Source: Gammaproteobacteria bacterium (GTDB lineage: Bacteria > Pseudomonadota > Gammaproteobacteria > Pseudomonadales > Pseudohongiellaceae). From it: a stretch of 64,000 bases of DNA. Position 1 is the stretch's first letter, and each line of letters starts with the position of its first letter. The notes beneath the pieces were generated by a model. The model was not told where the DNA came from. It did no database searches and was given only the letters and a program-made list of their open reading frames with translations. The stretch spans positions 210,238 through 274,237 of the forward strand of contig DUBM01000009.1 in the NCBI GenBank assembly GCA_012960305.1. Direction: 5' to 3'. Shown here in pieces: positions 54,067 through 64,000 of the stretch. The position numbers and the translations under genes are program-made.

Positions 54067-54810
54067 CTACTCGTCCGAGCCTACATCTCCATCATGACTG
54101 CCGTATCGGCGCTGCCGTTTCGCAAACTCTTCTAATGCCAACTCAAAATGCATTGAATTAAAATCAGGCCAGAAGCATTCGGTAAAATACAATTCTGTAT
54201 AGGCAAATTGCCAAAGTAGAAAATTGCTAACTCGCTGTTCGCCACCAGTTCGGATACAAAGATCAGGGTCGGGATATTCCTGCAAACTAGTATGAAGGTG
54301 AACACTCTCAATATCGATTTCGTCGAGACTCATATGACCTAATTTTACTTTCTCAGCTATCACTCTTGTTGCCTGACTCAAATCCCACCGGCCTCCATAG
54401 TCGACCGCAACAATCACCGTAGTGCCGATGTTATTTTGCGTAAGCTCTTCGACCCCTGCCATGTTGGCTTGTAGTTTTTGCGAAAAGCCTGAACGGTTAC
54501 CAATAAACCGAAGCCTTACATTTCTCTTATGTAACTGATTGATCTCTTTGCGCTTTAACACTATTAAAAAGAGAGCCATTAGAGACTGAACTTCTTTCGC
54601 GGGACGTCGCCAGTTCTCGCTACTAAAGGCAAACAGAGTTAAACATTTTATACCTCTATCGACACAGCAATTAACCACTTCTTTTACTGCTTCAGCACCA
54701 TGACGATGCCCCGACTTAGCTTGTAAGCCCCGAGCTTTTGCCCAACGGTTGTTGCCATCCATAATGATGGCGATATGATTTGGAAGTAAAGAGTTAGATT
54801 CAGGAGTCAT
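54067..54810 (-). CDS. uppS: ditrans,polycis-undecaprenyl-diphosphate synthase
   Basis: 247 aa with HIAIIMDGNNRWA and FSSENWRRP motifs. Confidence 0.97.
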   Translation of the reverse strand: MTPESNSLLPNHIAIIMDGNNRWAKARGLQAKSGHRHGAEAVKEVVNCCVDRGIKCLTLFAFSSENWRRPAKEVQSLMALFLIVLKRKEINQLHKRNVRLRFIGNRSGFSQKLQANMAGVEELTQNNIGTTVIVAVDYGGRWDLSQATRVIAEKVKLGHMSLDEIDIESVHLHTSLQEYPDPDLCIRTGGEQRVSNFLLWQFAYTELYFTECFWPDFNSMHFELALEEFAKRQRRYGSHDGDVGSDE

Positions 54811-54903
54811 TTTTAACTATTTCTTAGCGATCAATAATGAACAATAAATAAAACTTCCTGATGTGTGCGAACGAAGCTTGCGAGTAAAACAATCTACAAC
54901 AAA

Positions 54904-55461
54904 TTAGAACGAGAGTAGATCAGCCTCTTTAACTTGATATGCAGCTTCAATTGCGCCGATATATTTGTCCGTAAGCTTTTGCACACTCTCCACAGCACGA
55001 CGTTGTTCGTCCTCACTAATCTCTTTTTCCTTCTCGAGGTCTTTGAAGTCTGAGTTAGCATCGCGGCGAATATTGCGTATTGCAACTCGGCCATTCTCTG
55101 CCTCATTCTTCGCCTGCTTGGTGAATTCTTTCCGAGTTTCTTCTGTAAGCGCAGGCATGGGAACGCGAATCGTATCTCCATTATTAGATGGATTAAGCCC
55201 CAAATCAGATTTAAGAATCGCTTTCTCTATTTCTCCAATTAAGGGTTTTTCCCACGGCGAGATTAATAGAGATCGGCCGTCTTCAACATTTATGTTAGCT
55301 AGTTGATTAAGAGGTGTATCTGAGCCGTAATAGGAAACCATGACGGTATCAAGAATGCTTGGGTGAGCTCTACCAGTCCGAATTTTCTTAAATGCATCTT
55401 CCAAAGAGATCACGCTCTTTTGCATTCTTTCTTCCGCATCTGCAATTATCTCATTAATCAT
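54904..55461 (-). CDS. frr: ribosome recycling factor
   Basis: 185 aa collinear with Frr ([31 protein letters not shown]). Confidence 0.98.
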   Translation of the reverse strand: MINEIIADAEERMQKSVISLEDAFKKIRTGRAHPSILDTVMVSYYGSDTPLNQLANINVEDGRSLLISPWEKPLIGEIEKAILKSDLGLNPSNNGDTIRVPMPALTEETRKEFTKQAKNEAENGRVAIRNIRRDANSDFKDLEKEKEISEDEQRRAVESVQKLTDKYIGAIEAAYQVKEADLLSF

Positions 55462-55521
55462 AATGCTCCCCTTCTTCTATAACGCTGTTGAAGCGCACAA
55501 CGGCGCAGCCGGACTTACTCT

Positions 55522-56241
55522 TTATTCTATTAATGTTCCGTCAGCTTTGCCCATAACGTTATCTAACAATGCTCCAGGGCGATTCATGTCGAATACTTTT
55601 ATCGGGACCTGATGATCTCTACTCAGGCAGATCGCCGTTAGATCCATTACTCCAAGTTTTTTCTCGATAACTTCATCGTAGGTCAAACTTTTGAATTTCA
55701 CAGCTTCAGGATTTGTATGCGGATCTGAAGAATATACACCATCTACTTTCGTCGCTTTTAATATCAGGTCCGCATCGATTTCGATACCGCGCAAACACGC
55801 TGCAGAATCTGTCGTAAAAAAGGGATTGCCAGTGCCAGCAGAAAAAATAACCACATCGGATGCTTTAAGATGCCGGATAGCTGCGCGCCGATCATAATGC
55901 TCAACTACGCCGCTCATCTGAATTGCCGACATCACACGAGTAGAAATGCCTGCTCGCTCCAACGCATCTCTCATTGCTAACGCGTTCATAACCGTGGCCA
56001 GCATCCCCATATGATCACCGGTTACTCGCTCCATTCCAGCGGCACTCAAGGCAGCGCCACGAAACAAATTACCGCCGCCGATTACCATTCCAACCTGCAC
56101 TCCCAAACCGATAAGCTGCCCTACTTCTACAGCCATCCGATCAAGAACCTTAGGATCAATTCCAAAGTCTGCATCTCCAGTTAGCGCTTCTCCGCTAAGC
56201 TTGAGCAGTATTCGGTTATATTTACGTTCCTGTTTTGGCAT
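55522..56241 (-). CDS. pyrH: UMP kinase
   Basis: 239 aa with [20 protein letters not shown] and the [13 protein letters not shown] motif. Confidence 0.98.
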   Translation of the reverse strand: MPKQERKYNRILLKLSGEALTGDADFGIDPKVLDRMAVEVGQLIGLGVQVGMVIGGGNLFRGAALSAAGMERVTGDHMGMLATVMNALAMRDALERAGISTRVMSAIQMSGVVEHYDRRAAIRHLKASDVVIFSAGTGNPFFTTDSAACLRGIEIDADLILKATKVDGVYSSDPHTNPEAVKFKSLTYDEVIEKKLGVMDLTAICLSRDHQVPIKVFDMNRPGALLDNVMGKADGTLIE

Positions 56242-56297
56242 CAGTCTTTAATTACCTAGCTGGGGTTAAGTTCGTCGGCCATTATTCCTGAGAAAAA

Positions 56298-57179
56298 CTA
56301 GCCGTTCCCTTGTACTTGAGCGGCCACTTCTTCGGCAAAATCCACTTCTTCTTTTTCGATACCTTCGCCAACTTCATAGCGTACAAAATTGACCACATCT
56401 GCACCAGCTTCTTTAAGTAAATCTACAATTTTGGTATCTGAATCCTTTACGAAAGGCTGCTCAAGCAAGCTAATCTCAGCAACAAACTTACGCAAGCGAC
56501 CTATTATTATTTTCTCGATGATTTCTTCCGGTTTCCCACTTCCTCTTGCTTGAGCCGAATATATTTCAGATTCCTTGGCCAATACATCTTCTGGCACATC
56601 TTCAGCTCTGACCACCATAGGGTTAACAGCGGCCACATGCATCGCGATATCGCGGGCTAGTGATTCGTCTCCACCCTGCAGCGATATCAAAACAGCAATT
56701 CGATTGTTGCTGTGCACATAACTTGCAACTATACCCCGATTAGCGTCTTCAAACTTCAATCTATCGATTCGACGCAGATTAATATTTTCACCAACCTTTT
56801 GCACCAATGCCTGGCGCAAATCCTCTAATCCCGCATTCAAAATACCTTGCACATCTGCATCATTATTTGAATAGGCGAGCTCTATAGCTTGCTGAGAGAA
56901 ATCTAGAAAATTCTCATCTCGCGCTGCAAAATCTGTCTCGCTATTCACTTCAATTATCACACCGTAATTGCCATCCTCTGCAATTTTAGTAAGTACAATT
57001 CCTTCTGCTGCTACACGGCTAGCTTTCTTTGCAGCTTTTAGCCCGCTTGCCTTACGCAAATCGTCGATCGCTTTATCCATATCTCCGTCAGCAGCGGAAA
57101 GAGCTTTCTTACAATCCATCATTCCCAAACCAGTGCGCTCGCGCAATTCTTTAACCATGCCTGCTGTAATATTTGCCAT
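56298..57179 (-). CDS. tsf: translation elongation factor Ts
   Basis: 293 aa with the N-terminus ITAGMVKELRERTGLGMMDCKKAL, downstream of rpsB. Confidence 0.98.
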   Translation of the reverse strand: MANITAGMVKELRERTGLGMMDCKKALSAADGDMDKAIDDLRKASGLKAAKKASRVAAEGIVLTKIAEDGNYGVIIEVNSETDFAARDENFLDFSQQAIELAYSNNDADVQGILNAGLEDLRQALVQKVGENINLRRIDRLKFEDANRGIVASYVHSNNRIAVLISLQGGDESLARDIAMHVAAVNPMVVRAEDVPEDVLAKESEIYSAQARGSGKPEEIIEKIIIGRLRKFVAEISLLEQPFVKDSDTKIVDLLKEAGADVVNFVRYEVGEGIEKEEVDFAEEVAAQVQGNG

Positions 57180-57313
57180 TTTCCTAGCCTCTTGCTAAAT
57201 CTTTGTCTTATTCACTATGTGAATTGATAACCAATTATGTTTTATACAATTGCAAAAAAAGGCTGCTCGCCCCATTTTCACTCTGTCTTGAATAGCCTTA
57301 GGTGATTGAGGGA

Positions 57314-57347
57314 CTTGGGGAATTAGTATTAGCACTGATTCCCCAAG
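57314..57347 (-). other. perfect 10-bp stem-loop in the rpsB-tsf intergenic region
   Basis: CTTGGGGAAT (57314-57323) and ATTCCCCAAG (57338-57347) flank a 14-nt loop. No U-tract follows on the transcribed strand, so this is more likely an attenuating or processing hairpin than a full terminator. Confidence 0.6.
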
Positions 57348-57354
57348 CAGATTC

Positions 57355-58455
57355 CTAATCTTCAGTTTTCGCAGGTGCTTTCTTTTTAGCTGGAGCCTTC
57401 TTTTTAGCTGGAGCCTTCTTTTTAGCTGGAGCCTTCTTTTTAGCTGGAGCCTTCTTTTTGGCAGGCGCTTTCTTTACTGCTGCCTTTTTAGCTGGAGCTT
57501 TTTTAGCTGGAGCTTTCTGCGCTGCAGGCTCAGCATCAGCGGCTGCCTCAATCGAAGTTTCAGAAGCTGCTTTGACTGATTCACTCTCAGCTACTTCTTC
57601 TTCCACTGCGGTTATTTCTTCAGCGGGCGCTTCCTCTGCAGAAGCTTCTTCTGCAGGACCCTCTTCTGCAGGGACTTGTTCTGCCGCAGATCCATCTGCA
57701 TCCGCAACAACTTCAGCAACTATATTTTGATTCTCTTCAATTTCGATGAGCTCGCTATCTCCGCCCGCCGGACCGCTACGCCCACGACCTTCAATACAAG
57801 CATCGGCCACAGCTTGAACATATAATTGAATTGCACGAATTGCATCATCGTTACCAGGAATAACATGGTTGATGCCATCAGGATTGCTATTAGTATCAAC
57901 TACACCGATTACTGGAATTTTTAAATTATTTGCTTCGGTAACTGCAATGCGCTCATGGTCCACATCTATTACGAAGAGAGCGTCGGGCAAACCACCCATA
58001 TCTTTGATTCCACCGATACTACGTTCGAGCTTTTCTTTAGTTCGAGTTAGCATTAAGGCTTCTTTTTTGGTTAATCGGCTAAAAGTTCCATCAGCTTGCT
58101 GGGTTTCCAACTCCTTCAATCTTTTAATTGATCCGCGAATGGTCTTATAGTTGGTGAGCATTCCGCCAAGCCAGCGATGATTCACATAAGGCATACCAGC
58201 TCGCTCAGCTTCCTGACGCATAATCTTGGACGCTGCTCGCTTAGTGCCAACAAACAAGATTTTCTTTTTCTTGTCCGCCATGTCCGCCACTTCTTCCACC
58301 GCCTTATTAAGGGCTGGAACAGTGTGCTCAAGGTTGATAATGTGGATTTTGTTACGGGCGCCAAATATGTATGGCTCCATCTTGGGGTTCCAATAGCGAC
58401 ACTGGTGCCCGAAATGGACTCCTGCACGGAGCATTTCTTTCATGCTTACAGTCAT
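57355..58455 (-). CDS. rpsB: 30S ribosomal protein S2 with an unusually long acidic/basic repeat C-terminal tail
   Basis: The core [18 protein letters not shown]...[10 protein letters not shown] is collinear with E. coli S2 (241 aa), but the ORF continues to 366 aa. The start is set to the ATG at 58455, not the ORF-track 58503. Confidence 0.95.
   Translation of the reverse strand: MTVSMKEMLRAGVHFGHQCRYWNPKMEPYIFGARNKIHIINLEHTVPALNKAVEEVADMADKKKKILFVGTKRAASKIMRQEAERAGMPYVNHRWLGGMLTNYKTIRGSIKRLKELETQQADGTFSRLTKKEALMLTRTKEKLERSIGGIKDMGGLPDALFVIDVDHERIAVTEANNLKIPVIGVVDTNSNPDGINHVIPGNDDAIRAIQLYVQAVADACIEGRGRSGPAGGDSELIEIEENQNIVAEVVADADGSAAEQVPAEEGPAEEASAEEAPAEEITAVEEEVAESESVKAASETSIEAAADAEPAAQKAPAKKAPAKKAAVKKAPAKKKAPAKKKAPAKKKAPAKKKAPAKKKAPAKTED
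57388..57459. repeat. 4 perfect 18-bp tandem repeats (AGCTGGAGCCTTCTTTTT) inside the rpsB 3' region, flanked by degenerate copies (about 57370-57520)
   Basis: Read directly from the sequence. On the coding strand each unit encodes KKKAPA. Confidence 0.95.
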
Positions 58456-58560
58456 TTTAATACCTTCGGTTTGGGTTAGGCCTCCATACACCCCATAGTT
58501 CAACCTCTATGACGGTTAAGTCTCAAAGGCACCCAGAACACATGTGTCGGTGTATGTGCG
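58456..58560 (-). promoter_or_regulatory. candidate structured rpsB 5' leader (S2 autoregulatory element)
   Basis: A long-range 8-bp complement, CATACACC (58485-58492) with GGTGTATG (58549-58556), encloses the 10-nt palindrome ACACATGTGT (58538-58547). The 3' arm abuts a GGAGG. Confidence 0.4.
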
Positions 58561-58852
58561 ACATTAGTTTATTTACAAATCCACTTTCCAAGACAAGATC
58601 ACTCGAAAAGCGCGCAGCTTTATACCACGATCCGCCTGAAATTTAAAGAAAAGCCCAGATTTAGGGGCCTAGCAATCCCTATCCTAGCAGCCTTGGTTAC
58701 TACCTACTAAAGACTTTAACGATGAGCGCAATCCACTGTATATAAAGGGGTTCTTGATTTACAATAGCCAGCTTTCGCTGATTGGCCTATGTTATTTCGC
58801 AGGACCAGCTATATTAGTCTCCCTAGGCCCCAAAAATCGACAGTACCAAAAC

Positions 58853-59626
58853 ATGACTATACATATTAAAACCGCAGAAGATCTATCTAAAATGCAGGTG
58901 GTGGGAAAATTAGCCGCCGACGTGCTCGAGATGATCGGTCCCTTTGTCCAGCCTGGTGTTAGTACAGGCGAACTAGATAATATCTGCCATAAATATATAG
59001 TCGAAGAGCAAAACGCGATTCCAGCTCCTCTTAACTACAATGGTTTCCCCAAATCCATTTGCACCTCTGTAAATCATGTAATCTGTCACGGCATTCCTAG
59101 TGACAGCAAGACTCTAAAATCAGGCGACATAATCAATATCGATATCACTGTTATAAAAGATGGTTTTCATGGTGACACCAGCAAAATGTTTTGTGTTGGC
59201 GATACTCCCAGTCATGCAAAAAGGTTAATTAAAGTAACCCAAGAATGCTTGTATAAGGCTATTGAAATTGTAAAGCCAGGAATTAGCCTTGGTGATATTG
59301 GCCACACCATTCAACAACATGGAGAGGCCAACAATTATTCAATTGTTAGAGAATACTGCGGTCATGGTATTGGCCGAATATTCCATGAAGAACCGCAAAT
59401 TTTGCACTATGGAAAACCTAACACCGGAACTCGATTAATAGAAGGAATGACCTTCACTATTGAGCCCATGCTTAACGCAGGCACTCGCTACACTAAACTT
59501 TCGAAGAAAGATGGCTGGGCAGTCACTACTAAAGACCGGCGATTGTCGGCTCAATGGGAGCACACCATGGCCGTTACCAGCGATGGCTGTAAAGTATTTA
59601 CCCTTCGCTCCGATGAAGTTTTATGA
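58853..59626 (+). CDS. map: type I methionine aminopeptidase
   Basis: The start is set to MTIHIKTAEDL (ATG at 58853). Metal-binding motifs are DIINIDITV, HGD, CGHGIG and FTIEPM. Confidence 0.96.
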   Translation: MTIHIKTAEDLSKMQVVGKLAADVLEMIGPFVQPGVSTGELDNICHKYIVEEQNAIPAPLNYNGFPKSICTSVNHVICHGIPSDSKTLKSGDIINIDITVIKDGFHGDTSKMFCVGDTPSHAKRLIKVTQECLYKAIEIVKPGISLGDIGHTIQQHGEANNYSIVREYCGHGIGRIFHEEPQILHYGKPNTGTRLIEGMTFTIEPMLNAGTRYTKLSKKDGWAVTTKDRRLSAQWEHTMAVTSDGCKVFTLRSDEVL

Positions 59627-62412
59627 ACCCGGATCCCTGGATAAACCCAGTGACTAACCAGAATAACCTCGCCGCAAAAAATCTTCAGAAAAACGATATT
59701 GAAGAACCCAGCACTAATTTAGGAAACCAAACCAGATCGACCTATACAACTGACACTACCCTTCTCGATATAGCAGCATTAGAAAATGCACTAGCTACTG
59801 GCAACAATCCTATTCAGCTTTTTCGCGAAGCAATAGCTCATGCCAGCGAGAAACTTGATGACAGATATAAACAGAATCTGAATATCAATGACATTGTTGC
59901 CGATCGCTCATGGGTTATAGATAAAATTCTCTGCCTGGCTTGGCAATCACAAGATTGGCCAAATCCCGATGACATTAGTCTAATTGCCGTCGGAGGGTAT
60001 GGTCGTAGTGAACTTTTACCACATTCAGATATCGATATTCTTATTCTGACTCGCAAAGACCGCAACAAGAAATATAAAACTCCGATTAGCTCTTTTCTCG
60101 CTTTATTGTGGGACTTGGGGCTTGAAGTAGGCCAAAGCGTTCGCTCCATAAAACAAAGTAAGCAAGAGTCCATTAAGGACATTACGGTAGCCACCTCCCT
60201 AATGGAATCTCGAACACTATTCGGCCCCCCTGCATTACACAGAGAAATGCTTAAACTTACTCACGGTAAACGCGTATGGCCCAGCAAAAAATTTCTGCAG
60301 GCAAAGTGGGACGAACAAATAGCCCGTCACAAAAAATATCACGATATCGATTACGCCCTGGAACCCAACATAAAAACCTCACCTGGCGGACTGCGTGATA
60401 TCCAAACTATCGCCTGGGTGGCCAAAAGACATTATGGCGCAGACTCGCTAAGTGACTTAGTTGAGCTCGGGTTTCTAAAAGAATCTGAAGAAGCCATGAT
60501 TCACAAGGGTCAGCAATTCCTCTGGAAGCTTCGTTATGGCCTGCACATATTGGAAGGCCGTCGCGAGGATCGTCTGCTCTTCGATAAGCAAAGAGAGTTA
60601 GCAAAATTGTTCGGCTATGAAAATGACGAAAAAAGCTTGGGTGTCGAAAAATTAATGCAAAAGTACTACCGAGCGGTTGCCAATTTAAGAGAGCTCAACG
60701 ATGTTCTCTTGCAACATTTAGATGAGGCTATACTTAGAGCTGACGAAAAAGAAAAAATCGAACCTCTCAATAGCCGCTTTCAAATAAACAATGGCTATAT
60801 CGAAGTTGTCTCCCCTACCGTCTTCGAGCGTTCTCCATCAGCGTTACTAGAGATCTTTGTGCTAATGGCGCAGACACCCACCATATTGGGCATGCGAGCA
60901 TCTACGATTCGCTCTATACGAGAAAATCGTCGGCTCATCGATGATGAATACCGTAATGATATTCGCAACGTTGCATTGTTTACTGAGCTTCTGCGCTCTG
61001 GTCACAGGCTCACACTACAACTTCGCCGGATGGCTCGTTATGGAATCTTAGGGCGATACCTACCTGAATTCGGCCAGATTATGGGGCAAATGCAACATGA
61101 TCTATTCCATATTTATACCGTTGATGCGCACACTCTCCAGGTGGTAGAGAATATGCGGCGTTTTTTACGCCCCTCTGCTAAAAAAGAATTTCCTGTGGCT
61201 GCACATATCGTCAAAAACCTTCCCAAGATTGAGCTGCTCTATATCGCAGGCCTTTACCATGACATTGCCAAAGGACGCGGTGGTGATCATTCTACTCTAG
61301 GGATGGTTGATGCTGAAGAGTTTTGTGCTCGCCATAGAATGAGTAGTTGGGATGCAAAACTAGTATCGTGGCTGGTTTCAAAACACCTGTTCATGTCAAT
61401 GACTGCTCAACGTAGGGATATTGACGACCCGGAAGTAATTAAAGATTTTGCCAGCATTGTTGGCGACAAATTACATTTAGATTACTTGTATGTAATGACT
61501 GTAGCCGATATTCGAGCTACAAATCCGGAGCTATGGAATAGCTGGCGTGCAACTCTACTGCGCCAACTTTACCTAAACACTAAACGGGCTCTACGATTAG
61601 GACTGGAAAACACAAAAAACCGTGCAGATCGAATCGCAGACAAAAAAGACACGGCGCTCCTAAAGTTAAAAGAGCGAGGGCTTAGTAGTAGTGACATAGA
61701 GTCCGTATGGCGGAACGCTGATGACGAATATTTCGTAAGAGAGTCTAGCGCTAATATTATCTGGCATACGGAAGCAATCACACGCCATGACAATACTGGA
61801 CCCTTGGTTTCAATTAAAGAAATCACTGGTAGTAGTGCTGAAGGAGCGACTCAAGTTTTTATTTATACAACTAATAGCGATTTCCTCTTTGCAAACAGCA
61901 CCGCCGCCTTTGAAAGGCTAAAATTAAATATTTATGGAGCCAGAATTTTTACTTCAGCAAACGGCTTCTGTATGGACACTTACACAGTGTTAGAAAACAG
62001 CGGAAGACCAGTGGGAAATAACTCAAAGAGAATCATACAGATTCAAGAAACTTTATCTGAGATTTTACAAGCAGATAATAAATTACCACCAGCTGTGCAT
62101 TTTAGAAAAAGCCGGAAAGAAAAGTATTTCAGTAAACACATCGAAGTCACGTTGCTTAATACGACCAATAAGAGCTATTCCACTTTAGAAGTAAACTGCC
62201 CTGACCAACCTGGAATACTCGCATGCGTAGGGAAAGTATTTGCTGACAACTCCATCAATCTGAAAGATGCGCGAATCACCACTTTAGGCGAGCGAGTTGA
62301 AGATTTGTTTTTCATAACTAATAAGTCAGGTTGGCCTATTGTTGAAACCAAGTTAATTAAAAAACTACAGCTGGACATTAAAACTCAATTGAAGCAGCGG
62401 CTACCTGCTTAA
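59623..62412 (+). CDS. glnD: bifunctional [protein-PII] uridylyltransferase/uridylyl-removing enzyme
   Basis: 929 aa with the nucleotidyltransferase motif GGYGRSELLPHSDIDIL, an HD domain (HDIAKGRGGDHS) and two C-terminal ACT domains. Its ATGA overlaps the map stop. Confidence 0.96.
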   Translation: MNPDPWINPVTNQNNLAAKNLQKNDIEEPSTNLGNQTRSTYTTDTTLLDIAALENALATGNNPIQLFREAIAHASEKLDDRYKQNLNINDIVADRSWVIDKILCLAWQSQDWPNPDDISLIAVGGYGRSELLPHSDIDILILTRKDRNKKYKTPISSFLALLWDLGLEVGQSVRSIKQSKQESIKDITVATSLMESRTLFGPPALHREMLKLTHGKRVWPSKKFLQAKWDEQIARHKKYHDIDYALEPNIKTSPGGLRDIQTIAWVAKRHYGADSLSDLVELGFLKESEEAMIHKGQQFLWKLRYGLHILEGRREDRLLFDKQRELAKLFGYENDEKSLGVEKLMQKYYRAVANLRELNDVLLQHLDEAILRADEKEKIEPLNSRFQINNGYIEVVSPTVFERSPSALLEIFVLMAQTPTILGMRASTIRSIRENRRLIDDEYRNDIRNVALFTELLRSGHRLTLQLRRMARYGILGRYLPEFGQIMGQMQHDLFHIYTVDAHTLQVVENMRRFLRPSAKKEFPVAAHIVKNLPKIELLYIAGLYHDIAKGRGGDHSTLGMVDAEEFCARHRMSSWDAKLVSWLVSKHLFMSMTAQRRDIDDPEVIKDFASIVGDKLHLDYLYVMTVADIRATNPELWNSWRATLLRQLYLNTKRALRLGLENTKNRADRIADKKDTALLKLKERGLSSSDIESVWRNADDEYFVRESSANIIWHTEAITRHDNTGPLVSIKEITGSSAEGATQVFIYTTNSDFLFANSTAAFERLKLNIYGARIFTSANGFCMDTYTVLENSGRPVGNNSKRIIQIQETLSEILQADNKLPPAVHFRKSRKEKYFSKHIEVTLLNTTNKSYSTLEVNCPDQPGILACVGKVFADNSINLKDARITTLGERVEDLFFITNKSGWPIVETKLIKKLQLDIKTQLKQRLPA

Positions 62413-62434
62413 AACATCGACAGGTATCAGAATA

Positions 62435-62800
62435 ATGATCACTCTATATGGAATTAACAACTGTGATACGATTAAGAAGACTAGAAAATGGCTCCAAGAG
62501 AATGAAATCGACTACGAATTTCATGATTACAAGAAAGCCGGATGCTCCAAACACCTAGCCGAGACATTCCTCAAACACTTCGACTATAAAGAATTAATTA
62601 ATAGTCGCGGAACTACATGGCGTAAATTGTCCGATAGCGAAAAAACTTCATTAGATATTACATCTGCTATAAATCTGATGGCAGAACAACCCTCGATTAT
62701 TAAGAGGCCTCTACTTAACAGCAGAGGGACTTGGTTTCTCGGATATAATGAAGAAAACTTTAAACAACTTGTATTGAATACAAATCGCTTTAAGCAATAG
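62435..62800 (+). CDS. ArsC/Spx-family thioredoxin-fold protein (YffB-like)
   Basis: 121 aa with ITLYGINNCDTIKKTRKWL and IIKRPLL motifs. It lies between glnD and dapD, as in Pseudomonas. Confidence 0.85.
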   Translation: MITLYGINNCDTIKKTRKWLQENEIDYEFHDYKKAGCSKHLAETFLKHFDYKELINSRGTTWRKLSDSEKTSLDITSAINLMAEQPSIIKRPLLNSRGTWFLGYNEENFKQLVLNTNRFKQ

Positions 62801-62829
62801 GACGAACAAGAAATAATCAGGATCGAACA

Positions 62830-63864
62830 ATGAGTGAATCAGTATTACATAGTTTTGGCTTTGGAATTGTAACCAGGAATTCAGCTGGAGAAATTATCGA
62901 AGTTTATTACCCTCAACCAGTTATGAATCCAGAGTCATCTCTGTCTGCTGCATTGACATCGGTATGCGGCCCAGAAAACAACACCGTGGAAATTAACGAT
63001 GTTTTGCACGAGGAATTAGCGGAAGCACTACTGCGGACGTCTGAAAGCAGCACAGTCGAATTTTTAAACAAACTCGCCGAGAGCTCACCGGCCATAATTC
63101 TTTGCCTTATCGCCACTGACTACCCCCCACAGAGCATTTCTGAAGCTTATTTAAAATTACATCTGCTATCGCACCGACTGTGCAAGCCACACAGCTTAAA
63201 TCTTGATGGGCTGTTTGGCGTACTACGCAACCTCGCCTGGACCAATGAGGGAGCTATCGATCTCAATGATTTACCTGCAAGGCAGCTTAGCGCTCGTCTA
63301 GCTGGTAATGTGCTCGAAGTTAGCTCTGTCGATAAATTTCCGAAAATGACCAACTACATTGTTCCAAGAGGTGTTCGTATCGCTCACACAGCTCGAGTTC
63401 GACTCGGCGCCTACCTGGGCGAAGGCACTACAATAATGCACGAAGGATTTGTAAATTTTAATGCAGGCACTGAAGGCACGGCTATGATCGAAGGTCGAAT
63501 TTCTGCCGGCGTCGTAGTCGGTGATAATAGTGACCTAGGCGGAGGTAGCAGCACAATGGGGACTCTCTCAGGAGGAGGCAAAGAAATTATTTCTGTAGGC
63601 AAGAACTGCCTCGTTGGTGCCAACGCAGGTATTGGCTTTCCTCTTGCCGATGGCTGTATCGTTGAAGCAGGATTGTATGTGACTGCAGGAACGAAAGTTA
63701 ATCTCCTCGATGGTGTTGGAACATTAATCAAAACGGCAAAGGCAAAAGAAATATGCCAATTAACTGATAGGCTCTATCGACGGAATTCACTATCAGGGAC
63801 AGTTGAGTGCGTCCCCCTGCATGCAACTATCAGCCTTAATGATGATCTGCATAGTCACAACTAG
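62830..63864 (+). CDS. dapD: 2,3,4,5-tetrahydropyridine-2,6-dicarboxylate N-succinyltransferase (long form)
   Basis: 344 aa collinear with Pseudomonas DapD ([42 protein letters not shown]). Confidence 0.95.
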   Translation: MSESVLHSFGFGIVTRNSAGEIIEVYYPQPVMNPESSLSAALTSVCGPENNTVEINDVLHEELAEALLRTSESSTVEFLNKLAESSPAIILCLIATDYPPQSISEAYLKLHLLSHRLCKPHSLNLDGLFGVLRNLAWTNEGAIDLNDLPARQLSARLAGNVLEVSSVDKFPKMTNYIVPRGVRIAHTARVRLGAYLGEGTTIMHEGFVNFNAGTEGTAMIEGRISAGVVVGDNSDLGGGSSTMGTLSGGGKEIISVGKNCLVGANAGIGFPLADGCIVEAGLYVTAGTKVNLLDGVGTLIKTAKAKEICQLTDRLYRRNSLSGTVECVPLHATISLNDDLHSHN

Positions 63865-63872
63865 GTTCAATT

Positions 63873-64000
63873 ATGTTGAATGTATTAGATCTTGCGAAAC
63901 TCTTAATTGAACGCCCTTCTATAACTCCAGATGATGCTGGCTGCCAGGAACTCATCGGCAATCATTTAGGTAGTCTTGGATTTGAATTGGAATTTCTGCA
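63873..64000 (+). CDS. dapE: succinyl-diaminopimelate desuccinylase (5' fragment, runs off the window)
   Basis: ATG at 63873. The translation [42 protein letters not shown] matches the DapE N-terminus (LIRRPSLSPDDAGCQ). Confidence 0.85.
   Translation, partial: MLNVLDLAKLLIERPSITPDDAGCQELIGNHLGSLGFELEFL

Noticed and set aside
57388-57459. Regular 18-bp repeats that could be mistaken for a CRISPR-like array or minisatellite.
   Set aside because: The repeats are head-to-tail with no spacers, in frame, and inside the rpsB coding sequence, where each unit encodes KKKAPA.
58456-58503. N-terminal extensions suggested by the ORF track for rpsB (58503), map (58754), bamA (50455), fleQ (4602) and ispF (31051).
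   Set aside because: Alignment by eye to the known N-termini (MTVSM..., MTIHIKTAEDL, MKRVVF plus signal peptide, [25 protein letters not shown]) places the real starts at internal ATGs. The extra residues lack counterparts in homologues.

Overview
The window reads as conserved chromosomal backbone of a Pseudomonas-like marine gammaproteobacterium (Pseudomonadales, Cellvibrionales or Oceanospirillales grade). That guess rests on gene order and visibly moderate-to-low GC; it is an inference, not an identification. I can support about 57 protein-coding genes. From 20 kb to 64 kb there is an almost uninterrupted run of housekeeping genes in the classical order. The first block is recX-recA-cinA | mutS-fdxA | nlpD-DUF368-pcm-truD-ispF-ispD-ftsB-eno-kdsA-pyrG-tilS-accA-dnaE-rnhB. 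It continues lpxB-lpxA-fabZ-lpxD-skp-bamA-rseP-dxr-cdsA-uppS-frr-pyrH-tsf-rpsB | map-glnD-arsC-like-dapD-dapE. The first 20 kb is more mixed. It holds purM-purN-DUF3108, an isolated fleQ and flgM, a DUF2064/GT2 glycosyltransferase pair and a small block of poorly characterised genes at 7.5-10.7 kb. That block contains a 79-aa ORF, an AP2-domain protein and a membrane-anchored winged-helix regulator. After it come malonyl-CoA decarboxylase, a GntR-regulated prpB-prpC-prpD methylcitrate operon, a DUF606 transporter and a DUF1015 gene. I saw no rRNA, tRNA, CRISPR array, transposase, integrase or recognisable defence genes. I do not see convincing evidence for a novel multi-gene system. The items most worth a second look are: (1) ribosomal protein S2 has a ~125-aa acidic-then-basic tail built partly from perfect 18-bp tandem repeats. 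(2) The canonical surE-pcm-nlpD-rpoS-(rsmZ)-fdxA-mutS locus lacks rpoS and surE, has a DUF368 gene inserted, and retains a 370-bp ORF-free convergent spacer with a GGA cluster and a bidirectional terminator. (3) The AP2 / ToxR-like regulatory block has a palindrome and a 3 x 8-bp direct repeat. (4) An 800-bp ORF-free, AT-rich spacer lies between two convergent genes. Regulatory sites readable directly are tandem LexA boxes upstream of recA, two GntR-type palindromes upstream of the prp regulator, and a sigma-28-like promoter upstream of flgM. All functional calls come from my own recognition of protein motifs and synteny; no searches were run.
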